A stretch of DNA of 64,000 nucleotides from Nitrospirota bacterium (GTDB lineage: Bacteria > Nitrospirota > Nitrospiria > Nitrospirales > NS-4): NCBI GenBank assembly GCA_963788195.1, contig CAWBGA010000005.1:32001-96000 (forward strand), given 5' to 3'. Of the stretch, positions 22,173-33,562 are shown piece by piece. The translations under genes and the position numbers were made by a program. Positions within the stretch are counted from its first letter, which is position 1, and the number at the start of each line of letters is the position of its first letter. Under the pieces are notes generated by a model that saw only the letters and a list, made by a program, of their open reading frames with translations, was not told the DNA's origin and searched no databases.

Positions 22173-22814
22173 ATGGCCGACCCATTCATTATCCCCCTCG
22201 AATCCCTCCACGACCGGGCGTCCCATTGGTTTACGCGCGCGCGCGCGGCGCTACGAGGGGCCATCCCGTGCGGTCGCGGCTGCAGCCGCTGCTGTATCGG
22301 TCCGTTTGCCATTACGGTTCTCGATGCCAGGATGCTCCGGCAAGGTCTCGGCGCTCTCACCCCCAGCGCGCGTGAGGACATCGAAGCCAGGGCCATGGAT
22401 CAGGTGACTGCGATGGAGTCCGCGTTTGCTCGTCTGGGGCGCAGCCCATTCCTGGATGACTGGAGCGATGCTGAGCAGGACGCGGTGGCGGCGCGATTCG
22501 CCGACGCGCCCTGTCCCGCTCTTGATCGTGACGGCAGTTGCCGTGTCTACGAAGTTCGGCCGGTCACATGCCGCACGATGGGCATTCCCGTCGAAGAGGA
22601 TGGCGTCGTTCAAGGGGCCTGTGAGATCCAGACAGCGGTCCCGATCGTGCGCCTGCCGGCTGTCTTCCGGGAGGAAGAAGAGCGTCTGGCGGAACAGGAA
22701 GCGCAGGAACTCGAGGCGCGGCACGACCACGAGGGCGGCACCGGGGACGAGATCTTTCTCCCTTATGGTTTTATCCCCGAGCGCGCATGGACAGGCTTTT
22801 CATCAGTGCGGTAA
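22173..22814 (+). CDS. YkgJ family cysteine-cluster (zinc/iron-chelating) protein
   Basis: CGRGCSRCC..CPAL..CRVYEVRPVTCR. Confidence 0.9.
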   Translation: MADPFIIPLESLHDRASHWFTRARAALRGAIPCGRGCSRCCIGPFAITVLDARMLRQGLGALTPSAREDIEARAMDQVTAMESAFARLGRSPFLDDWSDAEQDAVAARFADAPCPALDRDGSCRVYEVRPVTCRTMGIPVEEDGVVQGACEIQTAVPIVRLPAVFREEEERLAEQEAQELEARHDHEGGTGDEIFLPYGFIPERAWTGFSSVR

Positions 22815-22834
22815 GATCAGCATCCTTTACGCGT

Positions 22835-22910
22835 GCGCCTGTAGCTCAGTGGATAGAGCATCAGCCTCCGGAGCTGAGGGCCACAGGTTCAAATCCTGTC
22901 AGGCGCACCA
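22835..22910 (+). tRNA. tRNA-Arg(CCG)
   Basis: 76-nt cloverleaf GCGCCTG...CAGGCGC-ACCA, anticodon arm TCAGC-CTCCGGA-GCTGA, T-loop GGTTCAAATCC. Confidence 0.97.
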
Positions 22911-22969
22911 ACTAGTTCAGCTGCTTCTGCCTCTCCAGAGCCTTCTGCTCTCTCCCCGTCCGGCTTTCG

Positions 22970-23813
22970 TTAACGCGTGATACAACCCCTTTTCGCTGAG
23001 GATCGGGGGTTGGCTGTAGTCGCATACGTTCCTTTGGGAGACGGGCAAATGACAGCCCCGGGCCGTTGATGATGCTCCCAATGGATCCAGATGTTATGCG
23101 GCACGAAAATCCATCGGACGACCCACGACGCGGCAAAGCGACGGGTGGGATGCATCGAGGCGGTTCCCACGTGCTCTGTCCAAATCCTTAATCGAGTGAA
23201 GGTCCACTGAGCCGTGAGCAGGCTCGTAAACCAGACGAGCGGGACCATGATGGCGAGCCATACGCCTCCGTACATCCACAATGCGCTCACCGCCACAGTC
23301 CACCAGACGAACGTCCACAGATAGGCAGCCCAGTGAGCCGGCTTGGTGAGACGAAGCGCCATCACAATATGCGGTACAGCGCCCCCTACCATGTCGCCCA
23401 GGCACTGCCCCAGGAGTCGCCAAGGACGCAGTGGCATCTCCCATTGCGGTAATACTCGGTAATGCGTGAGTTCAGGGTCGGCGGGCGTTCCGACATCACG
23501 ATGATGCGCGAAGTGAAACCGTCGATATCCTTCTAAGTTTAGTCCCATCGGAAGAAACGCGAGCCACCGCGCTAAGGCATTGTTCGTCGGTCGATGGCTG
23601 CAAATGGCAAAGTGTGCGCCATCATGCCCCAGAATCCCCAGTGCATGTTGACGGTTGCCAATGATCAGCACCGCTACAATTACAAGCCACCAGGACGGCC
23701 ACCAGAGCACCGCGGTCATGCGCAGCCGCGATAATGAACCAGTCCGCCGCCGCGGCAGCAAGCCATCGCAGGGTGTCAGAGGTTTCCTTTAGCTCGTTGT
23801 CCGCTTTATGCAA
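22970..23813 (-). CDS. Membrane fatty-acid-desaturase-family enzyme (frameshifted)
   Basis: His boxes QHAL..GHDGAH, HFAHH, HWEHH; N-terminus in ORF 23622..23813. Confidence 0.85.
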
Positions 23814-23950
23814 TTGGGTCTCTCAAGGCAAGGCTGCTAGCGGGCGGATAAATGTGACGCTGGTGCATCTAGGGTATTTTACTGATATCTATCTTACTTT
23901 TAAACATGAATATATGTCAACCTTGGACCTATAGGCGAGAAGTGTTTCCA

Positions 23951-23997
23951 CCTCCGGAAGCCGAGGACCACAGGTTCAAATCCTGTCAGGCGCACCA
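23951..23997 (+). repeat. Duplicated tRNA-Arg 3' half (att-like)
   Basis: 23968-23997 identical to 22881-22910; degenerate match back to the anticodon loop. Confidence 0.92.
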
Positions 23998-24024
23998 TTT
24001 TTTCTTCCGTTCGGTGCATTGTCC

Positions 24025-24237
24025 TCAGGATTCGAGACCAAGAATCGGCGTGTCCAGCGCCTTGGCCGCGCGCACGGGATCGAAATATTCGCGGAGGAAC
24101 GCGATCTTTCCGCCTGCAGCGCGCAGGAACAGCACATAATTCTGGACGTAGATACGCCCCGTAGGCTTAATAAGCCCTTCCGCCTTGAATTCGGCGACTG
24201 CGCCGTCCGGATCGGCAAAAACATCACGTCTACCCAT
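24025..24237 (-). pseudogene. C-terminal fragment of a SnoaL/NTF2-like protein
   Basis: AEFKAEG..TGRIYVQNYV..GGKIAFLREYFDP; N-terminus absent. Confidence 0.7.
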
Positions 24238-24350
24238 TACGATTGCAGTCAGGGTGAAGGATAAGCTGTTCCGTTTTCGGCGGCCGTGTTCAGCATGTCA
24301 CGTGGTATCCTGATGTTTCTCGCCTCAGGAACCTAAATGGAGGGTTGAAG

Positions 24351-24835
24351 ATGGCGACGCCTACACACGCTGAACATCATCACGAGATGCCTTCACTCAC
24401 TCGAGTAGCCGCGGCGGCGACATTGCATTGCTTGATAGGCTGCAGCATCGGTGAGATGCTCGGACTGACGGTCGCAACGGCATTGGGATGGGGCAATACC
24501 GCTTCAATCGCACTTGCCGTCGTCCTGGCCTTCCTCTTCGGGTACGCGTTCACACTATTCCCCTTCTGCGCGGCGGGATGACACTGCCGGCTGCGGCATC
24601 AGTCGCCTTCGCGGCAGACACCGTCTCGATTGCTGTCATGGAGATCGCGGATAATGCCGTCATGCTCCTGATCCCGGGAGCGATGGACGCCGGCTTGAGC
24701 GACCCGTTTTTCTGGGGCAGTTTGTTCGTGTCGTTGGTGGTCGCTTTTCTGGCGGCGTGGCCGGTCAATCGATGGCTCATCGCGCGCGGCATGGGACATG
24801 CCGTTGTTCATGACCGCCACCATGGTCATCATTGA
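24351..24835 (+). CDS. DUF4396-like membrane protein (frameshifted)
   Basis: ATLHCLIGCSIGE, ADTVSIAVMEIADN, AWPVNRWLIARG; His-rich ends. Confidence 0.85.
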
Positions 24836-24919
24836 TGAAGCCGCCGCATTACGACCCTCAGCTCGCGCGCAGGCTGGATCTTGCCTCGCTACCAAGGACC
24901 TAAGCGCCTTCGCGTCCTC

Positions 24920-25400
24920 GGAACGTTGCTGATAGGGTTCTCTGTACCATGTCTGAGATCTGCCGATAAGCGAGAAACCGAAAGTCGCGCACGTCTAATT
25001 TTTTTCCGCCGTTTCGATCTGGATCCGACATTTGTAGACTTTCCTTTTACGGTGATCAAGTATATGACCGCCGTTCCAGACCTCTTGTTCTTGCCGCAAT
25101 CCAGAGATGAGTCATTCCCAGAATCGGCCGGCCTTTTTTATCGCCAGCGCACTTCGTGCACTTTGGATCCGGAACGTCCCCGGGCTTGCGGATCAACTTC
25201 TCAACTTTGCCGAGCAATTCGCCGTGATCGACCCAAATTCTGACATATGAGGTGGGCTCTTTCGTTTCATCGTCGATGGTCTTCCAAAGGCCGACGGGAG
25301 TATTCTCTTGGGCAAAGACGCCCAATCCCGCCGTACCGAGTACTATGGCGAAAGCTCCTAGGACTGCTTGTGGTATTGTTTTCAAGTGAACGGTCTCCAA
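24920..25400 (-). pseudogene. DUF2147-like exported protein with several indels
   Basis: GLWKTIDDET..CTKC..PILGM; downstream frames give WNGGHILD, GKVYKC, LIGRSQTW. Confidence 0.7.
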
Positions 25401-25761
25401 ACGTTGCGCAGCTTAGCATTTTAGGGAGCGGCCAGAAAACAACATTTCGCTTGATAAATATTATAGTCACACCGCCGTCCCTATTGACTGTAGGCTCCCC
25501 AGAGGCTCTCTTGGCTCGCCGGAATCGTCTCATCACATGCTCGGATTTGCTTATCGAAGATTCATTGTTACCAACAGTGATTCCTCGATAGGGAAAATTC
25601 CCTGCGTCGCGGCTAGTCGTTACCAAAATTTGGACTCAGCCGCTGTGAGATATCCTTTCGGAAGCTTGTTTTTAGATATAGGTCCATTGATTCCCCTGCG
25701 CTGCTTCTGGTAAGGCGTGTCTTAGTGACAATCAGCGTCGGCATACTCTTTCATTACTGCC

Positions 25762-27129
25762 ATGATTGAAAACTTACTGAAAAAGATCTGCAAAGCGCCG
25801 GCGGTGCTTCTGGATAAGACTGTCACCACGTCCAATGGAATCTGTAAAAAGCTTACCAACCATAAGCAGGTCAAGAAGGCTCAGGAATACTGGAAGATAT
25901 TAGGCCCGGGGCTGACGACGGGCGCGGCTGATGACGACCCCTCCGGCATTGCGACGTATTCACAGGCCGGGGCGCAATATGGATTCCAAATGCTCTGGGT
26001 CGCCGGCTTCACGTTTCCCCTGATGGCCGTGGTGCAGGAGATGTGCGCACGAATCGGTCTTGTAACGGGCCGCGGCTTGGCTGCCAATATCAGGGAGCAC
26101 TATCCCAAATGGGCGCTGTACACCTGCACAGCGCTATTATTTATGGCGAATACTTTTAACATCGGCGCGGACCTGGGAGCGATGGCTCAAGCGACTCAGC
26201 TCGTCGTTCCGGGAGCGAGCTTCAGTCTCCTGGTTATAGGATTCACGGTGTTCAGCTTGGGCCTGCAAATCTTTCTCTCCTACCAAACATACGCCAAATA
26301 CCTCAAGCTCCTGACCTTTGTATTGATTTCCTATATTTTCACGGCCTTCACGATCCAGCTGGACTGGACGCAAGTGCTGTATCACACCGTGATCCCATCA
26401 CTGACAATTTCCAAGGAGCAGATTTTCCTCATCACGGCGGTATTGGGCACCACAATCTCTCCGTACCTCTTTTTCTGGCAAGCCTCTCAAGAGGTTGAAG
26501 AGAAATTAATACAAGCTAAAGCCGCTGGTTCGACTCCCACTAAGACCTTGCAAAAAGAAATCGGCCATATGCGAATTGATGTCTGGTCGGGAATGTTTTT
26601 GTCGAACGCGGTGATGTTTTTTATTATTGCCGTATGCGCCGGCACCTTGTTTCTCAATGGGGTGACGAATATTTCCACTGCCGCCGATGCGGCCGCGGCG
26701 CTGCGGCCATTAGCGGGGGAAAAGGCGTTTCTGCTCTTCGCCTTGGGGATTCTCGGGACGGGCTTGCTGGCGATTCCCGTGTTGGCGGGGTCGGCGTCGT
26801 ATGCGATATCGGAGAGTTTTAAATGGAATACGGGGCTGGACCGTAAGTTAAGACAAGCGTACCCCTTTTACGGCGTGATTATGGTTTCGATGATCCTTGG
26901 TCTCGCGATGGAGTTCACGAAGATAAATCCCATCAAGGCGCTTATCTACTCCGCCGTCGGCAATGCGTTGATCGCGCCCGCGGTGTTGATTTTTATCGTG
27001 CTGATCAGCAGCAATAAAAAGATCATGGGCAATCAAACGAATAGCGCATTGACGAGATGTGTAGGATGGTTCATCACAGGGATCATGTTGGTTGCCGGCG
27101 TTGCAACCGTGATATCCGTATTTATGTAA
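25762..27129 (+). CDS. NRAMP family divalent metal transporter
   Basis: GPGLTTGAADDDPSGIATYSQAGA, LGTTISPYLFFWQ. Confidence 0.93.
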   Translation: MIENLLKKICKAPAVLLDKTVTTSNGICKKLTNHKQVKKAQEYWKILGPGLTTGAADDDPSGIATYSQAGAQYGFQMLWVAGFTFPLMAVVQEMCARIGLVTGRGLAANIREHYPKWALYTCTALLFMANTFNIGADLGAMAQATQLVVPGASFSLLVIGFTVFSLGLQIFLSYQTYAKYLKLLTFVLISYIFTAFTIQLDWTQVLYHTVIPSLTISKEQIFLITAVLGTTISPYLFFWQASQEVEEKLIQAKAAGSTPTKTLQKEIGHMRIDVWSGMFLSNAVMFFIIAVCAGTLFLNGVTNISTAADAAAALRPLAGEKAFLLFALGILGTGLLAIPVLAGSASYAISESFKWNTGLDRKLRQAYPFYGVIMVSMILGLAMEFTKINPIKALIYSAVGNALIAPAVLIFIVLISSNKKIMGNQTNSALTRCVGWFITGIMLVAGVATVISVFM

Positions 27130-27154
27130 CGTACTACCTAGCCGCTTGCTGACG

Positions 27155-27670
27155 TCACGGGGTCATCTTCACGCCGGCCGCCTCGTATTGCTCTTTGATC
27201 TGCATCTTTCGCGCGGCCTGCGAGCCGATGACTCCGCCCAGGATCGCGAAAACAAGCGAGAGCATGCCGCTCACAAACATCCACCAGGAGGCGGTCTCTT
27301 CAGGGGACATCGTGGCCGTCTCACGACCGAGGAACGCCAGGTCCCCGTAGGTCGGCAGATACGCGAGGGCCGAGATGAGCACCCCCCAGGTGACCCAGCT
27401 ATGAAACATGGCTTCCCAATAGGAGTACAGGCCGGACATCCAGACGGCCACATACCCGGCCAGAAATGCCGAGAACATCCAGGCAATCGCCGTCCAGACC
27501 ATCACCCCGCCGGGCAGGTCAAGGGCGCCCGTCCGTGCGATCGAGTGCAGGCCGAAGCCAAGGCCGACCGACGCCAGCACGACTTCACTGCCAAGACCGA
27601 CAAAAAATCCTGCAAAGATGCCGCCCCAACTGATTTTTGGGCCCGCCCACGGTGGGACTACAATTTCCAT
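27155..27670 (-). CDS. Hypothetical membrane protein (4 TM)
   Basis: ISWGGIFAG motif; RBS GGAGG. Confidence 0.8.
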   Translation of the reverse strand: MEIVVPPWAGPKISWGGIFAGFFVGLGSEVVLASVGLGFGLHSIARTGALDLPGGVMVWTAIAWMFSAFLAGYVAVWMSGLYSYWEAMFHSWVTWGVLISALAYLPTYGDLAFLGRETATMSPEETASWWMFVSGMLSLVFAILGGVIGSQAARKMQIKEQYEAAGVKMTP

Positions 27671-27853
27671 TGCCTACCTCCTGTCACCTTTTTCATAGCC
27701 CCAATACAAGTGTCTACTTAGTGTATCGCCGTGGAGGCAGCGAAATCTACTGATAAATCAGTCTTACGGGAATCTGTCAGAGCCGGCGCTTGCGGCACAG
27801 CATGACCATGGCTTCTGGGTCATGTTTGTATGCATTGCGACCGACAGAATAGT

Positions 27854-28434
27854 ATGGAAGACGCGAAGAGAACGCTCACGATGGATATCCGGGGTTACGT
27901 GGAGTCGTTGCCGATGTTCTCGGAGTTGACCGGCCCTGAAGTTGAGTTGCTTGTGCCGCTGTGCCGGCTGGTCTCCGGAGGCATCGGGAACTATATTCTC
28001 GAGGAGGGCGCCTCGGTCCATACGATCTATTTTCTGATCTCCGGAGAACTGAATGTTCGTAAAGAGGGCATGCTGATCGGGACCGTCGGCAAAGGCGCTG
28101 TCCTCGGGGAGATGACCCTGCTGAACCATGCGCCGGCGTTTGCGACAATTCAAGCCAAGGGGCCGTACAAGGCGCTTGCCATAGAGCAACTGGCCTTTAG
28201 CCAACTACTGGAGGAGCATGCCCGGCTGGGTTATAAAATCCTGAAGAAGATCGCCCGGCTGTTGGCACTCCGGCTGATGATGACCGACGCCAAGCTCACG
28301 GACTGTATGAGTCATTCCGCACGATTATCGACCCGACAGCACTCCGTCCTGCCCGCTCACGTAGTCAACATCCAAAAACGCGCTTGCCCGTTGCCGAGAG
28401 GCCGTGGTAAGTTGCAAATCCAAATCCTCCCGGT

Positions 28435-28444
<10 letters not shown>
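27854..28444 (+). CDS. Cyclic nucleotide-binding domain protein (3' end probably over-extended)
   Basis: LPMFSEL, IYFLISGEL, GAVLGEMTLL; ORF tail runs into the tRNA. Confidence 0.8.
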
Positions 28445-28510
<66 letters not shown>

Positions 28511-28629
28511 AATAATCAAATCCTTCTGCATCTCCCTGCGCCTCGCGCTCCATGTTAAATGCGAAAGCAGCGACTTGACACATTACGATGCTGGTGGTAT
28601 AGGGTATATAACTAAGGATTAAATGTATT

Positions 28630-28824
28630 ATGCACAGCATTATTATAAACCTTGTATCAGCTTTGAAATGCGAGCGGGCAAAGAACGCCGAGCTACAGCA
28701 CCTTCTAAAGGCGATCCAGGCAAAGCGCTCTAGGGGGGACTCCACCGTCTATCAGACAGTGGACCTGACCGTTTATAAGCGGGAACGCAGGAAGAAAATG
28801 CTGAAGACATTCGGACAACTATGA
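28630..28824 (+). CDS. Small hypothetical protein
   Basis: ORF after a TTGACA..TATA promoter-like sequence; abuts the next ORF. Confidence 0.35.
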   Translation: MHSIIINLVSALKCERAKNAELQHLLKAIQAKRSRGDSTVYQTVDLTVYKRERRKKMLKTFGQL

Positions 28825-28825
28825 C

Positions 28826-29035
28826 ATGGACGAAAACGTCAAGACCGAAACAGAACTTCTGCTTGCATGGCTAAAGAGTCAAGGGCTAAAGAATCAGGAC
28901 CAAATCCAGAAGGAGTTAGGAACGTTGCCTGAGATTGATCTGTCGAAAGCCTTGGAAAAAGCCAGGATGGCCGTGCGTATCCGCCTTCAAGCCCTCGAAG
29001 ACCGCGAGAACCGACCATCTACGGAAGGCGGCTAG
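28826..29035 (+). CDS. Small helical hypothetical protein
   Basis: 69-aa ORF. Confidence 0.45.
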   Translation: MDENVKTETELLLAWLKSQGLKNQDQIQKELGTLPEIDLSKALEKARMAVRIRLQALEDRENRPSTEGG

Positions 29036-30176
29036 ACCGGCGAATCAGATGATCTTGCGGCGCCCTCCAATAATCACTGCTTCCTTGATGGCTGCGCGAA
29101 CATCACGCAAAAGCGAATACGGTATCCATCGTTCCATAAAGCCCTTGTTGTCACAATAGCGGCAATGCTGTTTTACGGATGCACTACAGAGACAGCATCG
29201 CCAACGAATCAGGACTTCCATGACAGCTATCCTTTTGCAGGCGCTCGCTGTCGTCAGTCCCGGCGTCAGATGGAGAGTGGTGCTAGTACCTGCCTAAGTA
29301 TGAATTTTGTCAATGAAATATTTCGCTGTGAGGTCGGAGACGGCCAAGGAAAGGCTGGATACGATTTGCAAGCCTACGAGCGTACACACTGAATTTCGCA
29401 TTAAGTGAGCAATATTGACCATACCGCAGATCTTTATTGATATATGGTCAAGAGGTTACGGGGGCCTTCATGCGACCAACTATCACCAGTCTTACTTCCG
29501 CTATCAAGCGAGAGAAGGTAAAGGTTCTGGAATTGAGGAGGCTCTTATCTGAATGCAGGAAGCATTCCAACTGCATGGAGAATGCAACAATCCAGCGGGC
29601 ACTCCTGAAAGACACGCGTCAGTCTCGACCTGGTAGTCGCGGACTAAACGTACAGAAGACTAAAAGCTACTATCTTGAACCTACACGGCAGCGCAAATCG
29701 GCCATGGCTACTCACCGATCAACTGTGTAAAGAGGGGGACCGTCACGTCTAGTAATAACCCTGAGCAATACTGAACCAGCCACCAAACCGTGTTGGTGCA
29801 TGTACCACTATGAATAAAAAATCAAGCATCCCTCAGCTCCCACGCGTCAAGAGCCAACAGCACAATATCGAGAGTCAGGCCAAACGTAGACTTCGCTCTC
29901 AAGTGTTGGCGTCGGAACAACGTCTGTTGTCCAACCTTGCGTCCCCTAGAGTTCCCAAGCTCAGGGTGTTACGCGGAGGTCTAGGTTAGACGCCTACGAG
30001 GCTTTTTGGGTGGATCAGTCGCTGGTACAAGGCTGCACTGAGGATGTGGAAACGGCACTCGCCCAACATCTGATTCGTTTATTCAATAACCATCACCTGA
30101 CTCCAGAGGAAACAATGCGCCTGCTAGAAAAAGTGCGATTGCTGGTTGATGCCGGAAAAATACGCTAGGACACAGG

Positions 30177-30404
30177 ATGCGCTACAACCATATAGAAGAA
30201 TTACCTGCAGCGATGAGGAATAGTCTTCCTAAAGACGCGATGGAGGTGTACTTGGCCGCTTATAACCAAGCATTGACCGGGACGGTTCGGGCGCGTGATC
30301 GCATTGGGGGAACGGTGCAGGACCTTGCACACCGGCAGGCATGGAGAGCGGTGCGCGAAAAATATAACAAGCGAGGGGAAGAATGGATCAGAGACTATAC
30401 TTGA
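30177..30404 (+). CDS. ChaB family protein
   Basis: Y..IEELP..RNSLP..A.EVYLAAYN..AHRQAWRAVREKY. Confidence 0.88.
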   Translation: MRYNHIEELPAAMRNSLPKDAMEVYLAAYNQALTGTVRARDRIGGTVQDLAHRQAWRAVREKYNKRGEEWIRDYT

Positions 30405-30688
30405 CAGAATCTAGGGCCTATTCAGAATAAGTTCTAGCCAAGTGAAATAAGGCTGTGACTGGGAGCCTAGCTATAAAATTTGCCCATCTATGTTTTTTTC
30501 GGCACGACAGAGGGACCCTGTAGCGACAATTCGACGCCGGGGGTCTGCATGTGCCTCGACGAGCGTAGGACTACTAGGTTGCGTCTGGGTTGCGGGGTGG
30601 GGGACGATGGCATGCTGTGGCCTAAACCCGTCCGCCCGGTCAGCAGCCATCTATAGGGTTGGCGTAGTTAGTCAATACCTAAGCGACG

Positions 30689-30735
30689 CTTAATCAGCGG
30701 GCCGCAGGGTCGATCCCTGCACGGCCCACCAAATA
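30689..30735 (+). repeat. Duplicated tRNA-Lys 3' half, copy 2
   Basis: CTTAATCAGCGGGCCGCAGGGTCGATCCCTGCACGGCCCACCAAATA, one mismatch to the tRNA. Confidence 0.93.
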
Positions 30736-31090
30736 CATCTCCATCGTCGGCAATTCCTTTTCCGGATCCATGCCATTTGCTACGGGAAGCTCGGCAAGCA
30801 TCGCGGCATAGCTGTCATCAGTCCGCGAGAGGCGAACATGTCCGGCTTCGAAGTGAATTCAGAGTGACGAAATAGTTTACAGGCCAAACTAACCATAAGA
30901 AACCACAATTAATGGAAATAATGGGCTTTCTCATACGATTGGAGCTCCCCCACGGGTGACTAGGTGACGGGAAAGTTTACAGTCCGGAATCGGAGGGAAT
31001 TACCGGTCTCTAAAAAGCACCTACTTCTATCATGTTATGTGATGGCAGCAAGCTTGCGTGTAAATCTGGCTTACTTTCAAGGAGGACACT

Positions 31091-31780
31091 ATGAAACTGA
31101 CCAGCATTATGATTATGACCATCTTGCTGCTAACGGTATCAGGACAAAAAAGTCTGGCGGTGCTGATAAACTTTGATGATGTGCCAAATGGAACTATTAT
31201 TGACACGCAATACACTGCGTTAGGGGTGACCTTTGACTGCGTCGTGTGCGCGTCCGATCACGCCTTCGCCAGGACCAGTGTTGCGGCATCTCCACCGAAT
31301 GTGGTTACGTTGGTCGCTCCCTTTGATCCCTCAAATCCAAACTCTTCAGTTCTTACCCTTTTCGGCGCGAGTATGGGGGCTGTCACCGCCGCATTTTCTA
31401 CGCCGCAGAAATCGGTAAGTATTGATGCAGCTGCAATACCGCCTGCGGAGTTCCTGACTACACCGCTGAATAAGCCTTTCTTAGAGGCTTACTCCGATAC
31501 TGCCCAGCTACCCGCGAATTTTCTCGGGAGCGTCCTTTATCCTCTGAACTTCGGAGACTCTGGATATGGCGGGTATCAAACCCTGAGCTTTACCTCGCCG
31601 ACAAACAACATACTATCTGTCCGCTTCTCTTCCCAGCTCTCACAACCTGGTCCCGCTGTATTTGGGAATTTCGATAATCTGAATTTCACAACAGGAGTTA
31701 TCCCCGAACCCGCAACAATTCTTCTCCTGGGCTCCGGCTTAATCGGTCTAGCAACATGGCGATGGCATAGGAAAGCCTAA
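31091..31780 (+). CDS. PEP-CTERM sorting domain protein
   Basis: Signal peptide; C-terminal VIPEPATILLLGSGLIGLATWRWHRKA. Confidence 0.93.
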   Translation: MKLTSIMIMTILLLTVSGQKSLAVLINFDDVPNGTIIDTQYTALGVTFDCVVCASDHAFARTSVAASPPNVVTLVAPFDPSNPNSSVLTLFGASMGAVTAAFSTPQKSVSIDAAAIPPAEFLTTPLNKPFLEAYSDTAQLPANFLGSVLYPLNFGDSGYGGYQTLSFTSPTNNILSVRFSSQLSQPGPAVFGNFDNLNFTTGVIPEPATILLLGSGLIGLATWRWHRKA

Positions 31781-31861
31781 TCCGCTCCTCGAAGGCGTTC
31801 TCACTGCTGAGGCAACCCATGTCACCCCGTTCTGGGTGGCATGAGGTTGCTCTCGGGTCTG

Positions 31862-31931
31862 GACTCTTAATCAGCGGGCCGCAGGTTCGATCCCTGCACG
31901 GCCCACCAAATAAATCAATTCCTTCTGCATC
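31862..31931 (+). repeat. Duplicated tRNA-Lys 3' half, copy 3, plus shared downstream flank
   Basis: 47-bp exact match to the tRNA 3' end, then AATAAATCAATTCCTTCTGCATC resembling 28511-28532. Confidence 0.93.
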
Positions 31932-32020
31932 ACGGAAAGTGGCTAGACGGGTAGGCTTCCGTTGCGGTAGGAAATCCCTAAAAATTATCTGTATCGCGCG
32001 GTTTGAAGTCCAGGCTCCAA

Positions 32021-32326
32021 TTACGAAGCCGTCTTAGTTTTCGAGGAAGGACCTGTTTCGGCAGCCATGAAGCGTGGGTCGAGTGGAAACCGTTCTGTTT
32101 CGTCGTGTAGGTTGTTCATCCAGCGGGTCAACGCTTCGACGGCGCAGAAGCGACCGCAGAAATATTGAAGGGAGGAGTCGGTAAAGCTCTTCGTTGCCCA
32201 GTCGGCAGTAAGCCCGAGTAGTTTAAAACAGAAGCTGTTATTTTCAAGCGAGACAGCATAGCAGTGGTTGGTGTGCTTCTTTACCGCCTGACAGTTGTCG
32301 CATACGATCTCAGCGACGATGGGCAT
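32021..32326 (-). CDS. Small Cys-rich (zinc finger-like) hypothetical protein
   Basis: CDNC..FCGRFC; RBS AGGAGG. Confidence 0.75.
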   Translation of the reverse strand: MPIVAEIVCDNCQAVKKHTNHCYAVSLENNSFCFKLLGLTADWATKSFTDSSLQYFCGRFCAVEALTRWMNNLHDETERFPLDPRFMAAETGPSSKTKTAS

Positions 32327-32581
32327 GCAGACCTCCTATTATTCGAATCGAAGGCAAGGCTCTGGAGAGCCGGACAGTAGGTTTCTACACCGTTATCTTG
32401 ACATAGGCAATAACACATGAGTGTAACACCTACTAGATAGTATCAAAGGATCCTATAAAAGAGACAACAGCGATCTCAGGAGGGATTGTAACTGGGGACA
32501 TCCAAGCGGCGGGATGGGCTTGGGAGGCCCTTCAGGTATAGACTTCGGGCAGAGAGCGAGAGAACCAACGCTGCGTGCCAC

Positions 32582-33079
32582 CTAGAGTAGATAGAACCCT
32601 AACGTCTGCTGCGCGTGCGGTTCAAGATGTTCGAACTTTATTCCCATCGTCGCTCGTTTGGGCTGCGTCGTGACCCAGCAAATCTTTCCTGAGAGCAGAA
32701 TGCGGGAATGAGAAGCGTCATCAAATGTCACTGTGAGCCGGAGTAAAGTTCCTATTTCGACATTAGTCAGGTAATTAGCCTCCACTCGCGTGCCTGTTTG
32801 GGACACGTCCACGAAGGTGCATACCCCTTCAATTTGTCGTCCGGATTGCGTGAACTTATATTCGCCCGTCACGTGACATGGCTTTCGGCGATTTGAACGG
32901 GTATTGACTAGGACGTGAAAGAAATGGCCGCACTCACAAACAAAATCGAAGGGCTGTGCGAAATGCAGCGGCCATTCCCTGATGTGACCGGCCTGTGAGG
33001 TGTTACACCCAGGACAGTCTATCCGGTAAGCGCCAGATGGCGCGGCATGGATCACAAGATGGTCGGAAGGTTGCTGCAA
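32582..33079 (-). CDS. PilZ domain protein with N-terminal zinc ribbon
   Basis: CPGC..CECG; RSNRR and DVSQTG PilZ motifs. Confidence 0.8.
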   Translation of the reverse strand: MQQPSDHLVIHAAPSGAYRIDCPGCNTSQAGHIREWPLHFAQPFDFVCECGHFFHVLVNTRSNRRKPCHVTGEYKFTQSGRQIEGVCTFVDVSQTGTRVEANYLTNVEIGTLLRLTVTFDDASHSRILLSGKICWVTTQPKRATMGIKFEHLEPHAQQTLGFYLL

Positions 33080-33298
33080 AAGAATAGTCTCCTCGAGGTC
33101 GGTAAACCAGGATTTCTGCCCTATGCCAAGCGAGCGCTATCACGACGCCAGTCTTTGTCCTAATGGCTTACTTCAATCATGCACTTTCCGGACCACAGGA
33201 AAATCCTAGACTTGGACAGATAATGGTTGCCAAGTCAGGACAGCTATCCGCACTAGTTGTGTTCTTGGCTACGCAATGGGCAATCCGACGCAGGCCGC

Positions 33299-33367
33299 AT
33301 CAGCCCGGACGGCACGCGCCTAGCGTCGGGCAGTCGGGATCGGACGATTCGCTTGTGGGAGCTAAGT
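33299..33367 (+). pseudogene. Isolated single WD40 repeat remnant
   Basis: ISPDGTRLASGSRDRTIRLWE. Confidence 0.7.
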
Positions 33368-33562
33368 GTATCCCCGGCGATGAGCTTATTGCAACGACCG
33401 CAACGTAAGTATGCCTACCGACGTTCGTCCCTCCGACAGAGGCCTTTATTTGATAGCTGGTTTAGCACACATTAGTCGAGCGGGATTGTTCTCCGGCGAG
33501 CACGCATGCACTGGAACAATAGAGGAATGACGCGCGGTGGTTTCTGACGGATTGGAGAATCC

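Larger units (their letters stand above)
22911..23997. mobile_element. ~1.1-kb mini-island integrated at tRNA-Arg
   Basis: Bounded by the tRNA and a duplicated tRNA 3' half. Confidence 0.7.
28511..31908. mobile_element. Two tandem small islands integrated at tRNA-Lys
   Basis: Two downstream copies of the tRNA 3' half at 30689 and 31862. Confidence 0.7.

Noticed and set aside
23893..23923. dif/Xer-like site (..ATATGTCAAC)
   Set aside because: Only a partial XerD-like half; no convincing XerC arm.
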